Shown: in pieces, positions 50,660-59,563 of the stretch
Layout of the letters: every line of letters begins with the position of its first letter
Position numbering within the stretch: the first letter of the stretch is position 1
Assembly: GCA_977016875.1 (NCBI GenBank)
Contig: CDRNST010000213.1
Coordinates: 1,116,001 to 1,175,563 of the forward strand
DNA length: 59,563 nucleotides
Reading direction: 5' to 3'
Source: Pavona decussata
Taxonomy: Eukaryota
Position numbers and translations under genes: made by a program
The notes under the pieces: model-generated
Seen by the model: only the letters and a program-made list of their open reading frames with translations
Told to the model about the DNA's origin: nothing
Databases searched by the model: none

Positions 50660-51920
50660 ATTGCACTTGTCACTTGTCAGTTGCGAGTAAAATTGCAACA
50701 GATTTGAATTAATGATAGAGGCGTGTAGCAATAAAATAAAAGTGTGTAAAAATAAAAAGATAACGCCAATTAGCAAAGGAGCAGAAAAATGGATGCCAAA
50801 ACAGGCAAGAAACTGAATGCGCAAGAGATGAAATGAATGCGGTGCCGGGATTCCTTGATTATTCTTTGAAATTTGGTATTTCCATGATCACGAATTGCCA
50901 GCAATACATCTGAACAAGCTTTGCAACAATCTTTAAATTGTTCCAGATTAAGGAAAAAATGAGACGCCCTGTCCCTAGTCAAATACTCATGAATAAGAGT
51001 CGCTAGGTCATCCTCAGTACTTCGTAAAATCCTTTTTCCCAGTCACATTATATGCCAGATATCACAAGGACCCAAAACCCCAACGCTCTCCGAATTCTCC
51101 CTCAAGATTTAGTACAATTCATTATTACAATAAGTAATGAGTAATATTGTAAGCGCTGTAAATATTATTAGTAAAGTGACAAGTTGTAAGTAGTGTAGTT
51201 ATTCTAAGTATTGTAAGCATTATTCTTGGTATTGTAAGTAAAGCATGTTTTATACATTTAGTGTAATAAGTATTGTAACTTTGTAAGTAATGTAAGTAGT
51301 GCTTGATATTGAAAATATGTGCCTAAGGTTAATGAAAATCGTAAAAAAAGAGAGAGAAAAAAAAATAGTAACTCATTTTTTCAAATTACCCCATGCTGTT
51401 CATCAGTTTCGAATGTGGCACGGTACAGATTACGTAAACCACTTACACGTCACTGAAAATAATCTTGACCGTTAAGTTGTCCTTTTTTCATCTTTGAAGA
51501 TTCGCAACGTGTTCTGTTAAGCTTCGTTCAAGATGTAGTCATTGAGTTCGTTGGAGAAACCAGCCACAAACCGTCTCCCAGCGTATTTCTGAGCATTTAA
51601 CCTTGTTCCGCTGCATGTTTCTCGATTCAAGCATTCAAAAAGGATCAAGGAATCCCTACACATTCCTTGGGAAAACTTATTTTAAACAAACAGCTCTGTC
51701 CTATTAATTTAACCCTTTCTCCTAAATTCATCTCTTGCGCATTCTGTTCTTTGCCACGTTTGGTATCCCTTTTTTTTTCCTTGGCTAATTAGCGTTATCT
51801 CAGTTTCACTTTCTAAACACTTGTAATTTTATTGCTACACGCTTCTATATATTATACAAATCTGCTGTAATTTTACTCGCAAATGATTATGATCATAGTA
51901 TGATCAAAACATGTCTTATG
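50660..51920. mobile_element. Old Penelope-like relic: two outward-facing GIY-YIG 3' fragments
   Basis: Minus strand EYLTRDRASHFF..LE...C..ACS...IKES and plus strand FKLP...VGETS...RIKESLHIPWE...NKQL both resemble the ORF at 16788-17159. Their 3' tails are inverted homologues (50683-50833 vs 51725-51882). Confidence 0.65.
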
Positions 51921-54231
51921 TTAAAATAAAAATTGTTGTCCATTTTTTCCTAACATGTCTCGTAGCGCACCAATTGCAACCAGTCCTATAATCACATTTA
52001 ACTGCAGAAAAATATTTGTCCACCGCGATACTTACTAAAATAAAGAACTGGAAACAGTTTTAGGGATTAAAGAATGAGGTATGGAAAAATTGAATGGGAA
52101 ATGAGAAATCACAATTTTTTTTTGTTTAGTATTGCAAAAATAATTATTAACCTCTATGACATTAATAGAGGTAACAAAGGTGAGCGAATACTAAAATACT
52201 CCAAAGGTACTTAACCACTACTCAGAGGTGATTCCATGCCCAGACTACGAGGGCAGGTAAGAAGGCATTCTCGACTCCAGAGCTCTTCCCTTTTGCGCAT
52301 GACTGACGGCGTATGACGTAGTCAAAGCCGAGCGACTCTGGGGTCGAGAATGGTAAGAAGGCGAAGGAAGTAACCAAGGCAACAAACAAGGTAACAAACA
52401 GACCACTCATAGTTTAGGATACTTATCGTTTGGACTTTAGCGATTATACGAGCCACGTCAACGAGGGTCACGAGAACGTCGGGAAGAAGAGGTTGATTTG
52501 AAAAAGGATCGCATTTCAATATACATTTACGGTTATTTTGAGACTTGGTCTTCTCTGTACGAAAAGACCTTTTTATGGAGAACGTTTACCTTTCCGTAAA
52601 TTTTCTTTCCTCAGTCTAACCATGAGTTTAGTTCGACAATGGTAGACAAATTTAATGACTTTGAATAATCCTGAAATTATGCAAAAGAACATTTTACTAC
52701 AGGTGCCCCAGTCCTAAGCTCTAACTGTGCAAATGACAGTTTTTATTATATAAACACCAATAAAATACCAGGTGAGCTTTCGCGCGAAAGCGCGATATCT
52801 TCACACGTGAAAATAACCCCGTTACCATGGTTGCATAATAACTCGCGCCTTTCGCATCGAAAATGAAATGGTTTAGTATTTCATTGGTGTATATATAATA
52901 AATAGAACATTACATGGCCGCTTGGAGATAAAAATTTCTCTTCTCGTGTTGAAAAATATTTCACTCGTTCGCGAATATTTTTCAACACTCGAAGAGAAAT
53001 TTCGTATCTCCACGCAGTTATGCAATATCCTCTATATAATGACCTTTGTATCGTAAGAAAACATTTCTAACAAATAATTATTGGAACACTCTTTTTTATT
53101 CATTCAAAGCGTCTCCAACGAGATTTAGAATTAAGAGAAGTAAAAACAACGATCTGAATATCCAAAACCCACACAAGACACAAATGGACAAGAAAATGAG
53201 TTCGGTTAAGTAATTGTTAATCAAAAATCTTTTGTATTTCTCCCTCCAACTAAGAAACTTTTATCCTTATAAATAATTTCGATGTCACGTTAAGGCTATT
53301 GTGACACTGAAATTACAGTAGCTCTTGTTATCTGGGCATGCAATCACCTGTCATAGTAGTTGACTAACTTGGGAATTTTCAATGTTTGCTAACTTAACTA
53401 ACAGGTGAAACCCTGTTTCTTCTTTCCTCTTTTAATCTAGCCCTAAACATATACAGTAATTTTTAACGTGTTTACTTATCGTCATTTATAACCTTACGCC
53501 TGGTTCCGATATACACGTAACAACGATGGCCCAATCACTTTTTTCTGATTGTGTTTCCGATTCTATTTTCCATATGCGTGATTGCTTTACCCAACCTCAT
53601 TTCGTGACATCGTGGAAAAGGGCGCGAAATACGCTCTACGGATTGTGTTGGACTGTGCCATTGTTTGATAGACCACCAGTTTTGCTCTGAACGCCACTTT
53701 TTTCCTTTCGATTTTTCCTCGTTTTAGCGTTGTTGATTGTGGTAAACAACACGTAGAGATAAAAATTTTCTATATATTGCGTCTTGTTTGCGATCATTGG
53801 TGATCATCGGCGACTGGACGGGGATGAACGTAAAAGACGTTTCCATTTATGCAAACTGTTTGCGATCAAGCCATTATAATTGTTTGCGACGAAGTTACGC
53901 GCATATGGAAACTAGGCTTTTGACGTAATTTCTTGAGCTGTCTATTGATCCGCTTGCTTCAACTGTACATCATTTATAAAAAAAAAAATCCATTCTTAAC
54001 TGTATCTACCGTCTGACAGTTTAAACACCTTTTTTCCATTTGTGTAACACCATTGTCACGAGGAAGCCTTATACTTTAAGCCCTACGGTTTCACCTAATA
54101 ATTCCCCGTCATTTTCTGTTAAGTTTTTTCTTTCCTTTTCGTAATGTTTTATTTTATTTATTTATTTATTTTTAATTTGCGCGCGGTTAATTGAACAAAA
54201 AAATAAACAATAATTACTTATCTCGCTGAAG

Positions 54232-54515
54232 TTTTTGGACGTTGTAAAAGAGGTCAAAATATACTTTAATATATTTACGATATTTAGGTCAAAATATATT
54301 ATAATACATGTATTTACAACGCTTTAGAATACATTTTTTTTCATATAATATATATATATTGAAGAAATAAATAGCAAGAATTTCTTTTCTCTCTAAATTC
54401 TTTTGACGTTCTAAAAGAGGTGAAAATATCTTTTAATATACTTATAATATTTAAGTCAAAATACATTATAATACATGTATTTACAATACTTTAGAATATT
54501 TTTTTTCATGTAATT
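54232..54515. repeat. AT-rich ~170-bp direct duplication
   Basis: GACGTT.TAAAAGAGGT.AAAATAT...ATAATACATGTATTTACAA occurs twice. Confidence 0.75.
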
Positions 54516-54569
54516 TAGATATCTACAATACTTTAAAATATATTAAATTAAAACGTTTTTAAAAATTAC

Positions 54570-55140
54570 TAACAATACTACTAACGTCCCCATGATTTTC
54601 AAAGGAACCCTTACTCTTGCCTCTGAAGTTCATAGCTACAACACCAGATTTGTATCGAACCTTAATTTTCATCGGCGGAGGATAAGGAATAATTATGGAG
54701 CTGCCACTTTCTCATTTGCTGGGTCTAAAATTTGGGAAAAATTCCCTCTAAATTAAAAAAAACTCCTATATAATAGCTCCTACAAGCAATACAAATTGTA
54801 TCTTTTAAATACCCGATGAGCATTTGATTTCTCTGCCCTCATTATTAATTATCATTTCTATTGTTTTTATGTAAAAATGGTAGTATGATTCTATGCACTC
54901 TTATTATTCTTGTCTTTTGTTCTGTTCTTCTAGTTAGTTGCACATTATACGCCAGTTAGCTGCACGTGGCAGTGACCAACTCGAAAGCCTAAGCTCCTTT
55001 GGTCACTGCGCACATTTTACCTTTGATATTTATGTAATTTAATGTTGTCTTTATGTTACTTTTGTGATGTATTGTAATTTCCTTTTGTAGTAAACTTTTG
55101 AAATAGTGCATAAATAAAAAAAATCTGAAATCTGGAAATC
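54570..55140 (+). mobile_element. L2/CR1-type LINE 3' end related to the 46505 copy
   Basis: LASEVHSYNTRF...F.FAGSKIWEKIP; same terminal stem-loop family. Confidence 0.6.
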
Positions 55141-57221
55141 TAAGGACCGTAGCAAGCATGAGACAAGACGAGGCACTTGCATCGCCTAAGTTTTGTCCAG
55201 AAATAAAAAAAATACTCGGTTAGATGAAAAAATAATTTCCAAAAATCATTTGCGATTGCGTCCTGAAAGATTAACCCACATAAGATGAGCAAATTCATGA
55301 GAAACTTCGAATGATTCTTTGTTTAAAATGAAATGTGTGGCAACAGACATTTTCAAACAAGGTTGGAATGGGAGAACTTGGAAAGTTCGAAAAGGTAATT
55401 CGCAGTCATCCAAACCCGACCACGTTAATTAAAGTCGTTATTTCTGTCGCCATGCATCATAACCAACAGCCATAACGGCTATGGTTAAAAAAGGAAGAAG
55501 GCCTACACGACCCCTTCTCCGTGTTTGCCGCTTTTTCTCTCCGTTTTTCTACCATTTAGCTTCTTGTGGATTCTTGTGTACATTCATGGCGGCTTTCTAC
55601 AGTATTACTAGGAATTGGAGTATTGGTAATACTGAATAAGATGCTGTGGGTAACCGTCGCTTGCTTCAATTACAGTCGACCTCGATAGTCACTGATTTCA
55701 TTATTATGAGTTCTGTGGCTTTCCTTTTATTTTAAATATAATTTGACCTATTGTTCTGTCCATTTTGCGACTACGCCTTTTATGCCGAAAGAACCATGAG
55801 GCTGTGTTAAGAGCAACTCAAAAAGTTTTCCAGAAACTTGCAAGATAATTAGGCTATTGTACGGTCGAAGCAAAGATTTAGATCATATCCCATAACAATA
55901 ATGTCAACAAGAAAGACTGCAAGAAATATCACGCATTTAAATGAACCGGATAAACCCACAAGCGGTAAAAGAAGCATATTAGTCGCAAAAAAGAAAAAAC
56001 AAGAGGTCAAATTCACAAAAAAAGAGAATAGGCAAAGGCCACAAAACTCGTAATAGAGACATGACCTTTGAGCTCATAATTCAAAGACGGATAAACTATA
56101 ATTCAGTTCATATCAAATTCTCCAATTCCTGTCATAAACGATAAATGTACAAAAGAAACTAAACTGGTCGAAAGACGGAGAGAAAAACAAGCGGCCACAA
56201 CGAAGAAGGAGTGGTGCGGCCGTTCACTCTTTAAACGATAATCAAATGTTCCCCAACCACACCCCTGAGTCGCAGCCACAGAGACAGCTAATGTTCTGGG
56301 AGAATGCCCCAAAACTCCAGTCAAGGCTCGCGCCTTCTGCTCCAACAGCACTTGCCCCGCCTCAGCTGAAAGTCTGGCTACGACCCTGACAAGTATCGCC
56401 AAAGAATGCCAGGTGGCTTCTGACAAAGTGACAAGGATTGGGGGGGGGGGGGGGGGGGGAGGTCTTTTGATTATTGAATCTGAATCAGGGTTAAAGACAT
56501 TCGAATTTTTCTAAAATTACTGTCGATGAATCATACTAGAGTAACGGTGGCGAACTGTTGGAATGCAAGCAGTAAATTTAACAGGTTCTATGTCAGTTTA
56601 ACCTTTCTCTCCGTTCCACAAGTCTGTCATGAGTAGAACCTTTGTCACAGCTTGGTAGCAGGTCATCATGGAGAGACTGTATGACCAGTGAATGAATTAT
56701 CAATAACTGATCTGAAAACAAAAACGAAAACAGCTGTTCCTTTTGAAGATTCGACAGTTATTTTCTAGCAAAAAAAAATCAGGTCAGGTCGCACAACAAT
56801 TTTTTCTTAAAGAACTTATTCATTATTTTGATTGTGTAAATGAAAAATTCGAAGATAAGAGATGACTTAGTTATGTGTATATAAACAACATACAGGGTTC
56901 ATAGTACTCTATTAAAAGCTCATAATTCGCGACTACCAGTTTTTGTGTTTCTATCTTTAAAAAACACCGCGACACGAACGTCAGTCGCCAAATGCTTTTT
57001 TGTTGTTTCAAAAGATGATATCGTACAGTCGAAACCTTGATCAGAGGTCCTTCTTTCTTCTCTATTTTCTCAAAAACCAAAAAATGTAACCAACATATCA
57101 GCAAATCATACAAAAAGTGCAAAAATATTTTCGAAACAAAGTTAACATTACCTACCTCAACGCACCTTAGGTTTTAAACCGGCCCAGCATATTTTTCTAT
57201 GAATTGAACGTTTGGACGCTA

Positions 57222-57250
57222 CTAGGCAGAAGATTGCTGGATCTTCTCTC
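57222..57250 (-). CDS. Candidate terminal coding exon of the glycosyltransferase gene
   Basis: tttttcag acceptor; in phase 1 it gives GEKIQQSSA-stop. Confidence 0.45.
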
Positions 57251-57664
57251 CTGAAAAATTAGGAGTCATGAGAACAAACTAACCCACAAATATACATCGA
57301 GCCTTGTAATAAGAGGACTTAAGGACAGAAAAGAAATCTAGAATAAAACTTCCATAAAGTGAAAGAAATTATGGCAACTATTGCCAGTTGCAAGCAGAAA
57401 AACTAAAATAATTCAGTCAATAAAAGGCAATGTAGTTTGCACTGTGTTGTCACTTGTCAATCAATCCCAGCAAAAGTGTATCAACGTCCTAGGAGATATT
57501 AAATCGAACATTATGTTGAAGAATTTCGACACTACATGGTATCTACAGTGTAATACCTTGGTAAATAGAAATTAGCTACAAAAAGTAACGGGATTTCGAC
57601 CTGAACTTTTACTTTTTACTCATTCGAGAATGAAAGGAAGACGGACATGAAATTGAAGCTTTAC

Positions 57665-58892
57665 CATCAAGCATTCTCCACATTTTGTTCACAAGGCCTC
57701 TGCATTGTTCCTCCCAACTGTAACGCTTTTTATAGGATTCTCTGAGTGCCTTGGCCTCTTCAAGCCGCTTTTTTCTATCCTTGAGGCGAACATTTACAAT
57801 TGCTTCTGCCCACTCTTTAGGTTCATCCGAATCAACTATGCATGTGTCACCGAAAGGTATGTCTTGTAATGCTCGAGCAAATCCTGAATTACAACCAACA
57901 AGAATGGGCAAACCAGCTGACAAGGCTTCAAGGGCAACAAGACCAAATCCCTCTGATTTGGACGGCATGATGGAGAGATCTACTTCACACAATAAGTCCC
58001 TCATCTTCTCCCTGCTCTCTATAGACTTTCTTACAAACAACTGCTTTTTAGCGATACCACAGTTGAGTAGCTTCTCTTGAATATCTTTCTGCTTTCCATC
58101 GGGGGCACCCACAAAGATAAGATGATAACGTTTCTTTTTCAGCCAGTCATCAGCAAATGCTGCTGCAGCGATGTTGTATCCCTTCAGTTCGAAGTCCTCG
58201 TCATCAGCACGACCACACAACAACACTTTGAAAATTGAATTTTCTTTACCACGTTGCTCTAAGTCCCCAAATTCGCTTTCAAAAAGTCCTGGAGTGACTG
58301 GAAAAATATCTTTCTTGATGCGTCCTAGATACGAGGTGTAATCCTCCTCTAATCTTGGTCCAACAGGCATAACAACATCGGCAAGTTTACAGAGATCGAG
58401 TTCGTTTTGGTGTTTCTTTTCACCTTTTGCTATAGCCTGAGGATAGCTTTTGTACTTGCCAAGATCTTCCGCATTAATATGTACCACTTGAATCCATTTG
58501 CAATTGAGATTCTGGGCAGAGTCTCTTATAACTTGTCCTTGTCGACCAAGCTTCACACCATGGCCAATAATGACATCAATTCTGTGGTCTTGAGGTGGAA
58601 AGCTCAGCCAATCAAGAGTTTCCTCGTAGCCAGCGCGTGCCTTTGCGTCAACAACAGTGATGCCATAACTCTGAGCTTCTGTCTTGTCTTGACAAGCACC
58701 CTCAGGAACTAAGAGAGATACTTTCACTTCAGGATGATGTGACAGGTGAATAGCAAGTTCTCTGTTAAATGTTGACAAACCACCAGCTGACGAGCCCCAC
58801 TCGCTACCAAGGAGAGTCACTTTCAAGCTATCTCTGGTGGACGATGGGTGTTTCTGTTCGGGTCCTTTTTGCAAAGTGGAAACTTGTGAGCT
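57665..58892 (-). CDS. GT-B fold glycosyltransferase (GT4/Glycos_transf_1) exon of a 5'-incomplete gene
   Basis: EWGSSAGGLSTFNRELA N-terminal loop, FELKGY, and PSKSEGFGLVALEA (E-x7-E). ttgcag acceptor (phase 0) and G|gtaaag donor (phase 1). Confidence 0.9.
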
Positions 58893-59343
58893 CTGCAACA
58901 AAATACAACAGGCTATTACAAAAATCTTAGTTTGATTCACAGTAACTAAATATATGCCTCACACATTAAAAAGAGATTACAAGGACATGAAAGGACGACG
59001 TTACGCAGATAAATCTTATACATTTTAACCGCTACAATTGTTCATATATTACGAGTGTGGCTATTTTAAAGTTTAGCAGCTACTTTTGAAAGCCGTTTCT
59101 CAGGCTCTGTCAGTGGCAAAACCGTTCACACAGTACTGGCGAATCCACAGAAACGTTGAAAATCTGAAAACTCAGTGACATATCATTTTGTTTAAAGAGA
59201 ATACCTTTCAGAAATGGTTATTCTTGAATACCAAAACCGATTTGTACTAACGTAATGTTGTAACCTACGTTATTCCTTTTTGTCGGTGGTACACTGAATT
59301 CATGATCTTTGATATATTTCATCATATAATGTAAAATACTTAC

Positions 59344-59397
59344 TCGTACTTCTCCTTGTTTATGGAAATTGTTCGTGAAATTTGAATCAGAAGGTAA
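59344..59397 (-). CDS. Upstream 54-nt exon of the glycosyltransferase gene
   Basis: cttttacag acceptor, LPSDSNFTNNFHKQGEVR, gtaagt donor; phase 0/0 matches the GT exon. Confidence 0.65.
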
Positions 59398-59563
59398 CTG
59401 TAAAAGCGAGGATAAAACAAACCATCAGTTGTTGAAAAGGAGGCAACTAACATTTCAGACTATTTTTTTAAAGCTGTGTGATCTGAGAAAGTAGATGTTT
59501 TGCGTCGCCGCTACCAGTTCGACGATTTACAGTTGAGCCAGGCCAAGCGTACGCCTCTAGATT

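Noticed and set aside
50118-50824. ORFs spanning N runs (also 9441-9774)
   Set aside because: Length inflated by assembly gaps.
56103-56426. 107-aa ORF between the GT and STAND genes
   Set aside because: No recognisable motif, non-ATG start, and no splice pair I could support.
57609-58940. Single-exon 443-aa GT ORF with an apparent signal peptide
   Set aside because: The start codon is GTG, and the hydrophobic N-terminus is a translated polypyrimidine tract before the acceptor at 58893.

Overview
This is eukaryotic, intron-rich and AT-rich DNA. The repeat content and gene families suggest a cnidarian, most likely a stony coral (inference). There are two N gaps (9503-9659, 50159-50368). I reconstructed three minus-strand genes by hand from GT-AG sites with consistent reading phase. 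(1) A secreted astacin metalloprotease (signal peptide-propeptide-astacin-TSP1-TSP1-MAM; 19563 to <139, running off the window). (2) An 11-exon, ~1871-aa gene (45862-26840) joining an NLR-like receptor (DED-like, STAND ATPase, TPR, helical repeats) through an acidic linker to a PIDD1-like ZU5-ZU5-UPA module. That module has an intact HFS autoproteolysis motif and is followed by a helical domain and a C-terminal Death domain. This is the most notable feature. (3) The 3' part of a gene with a GT-B/GT4 glycosyltransferase domain of the kind found in coral NLR-type proteins. Introns and intergenic DNA are full of mobile elements: three Penelope-like retroelements with inverted ends (two with 12-bp target duplications, one with an intact minimal hammerhead ribozyme), two tRNA-derived SINEs with different tails, Gypsy, BEL, RTE and L2 relics, a Crypton-like relic and many MITEs. 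Domain calls come from motif recognition only; no searches were run.
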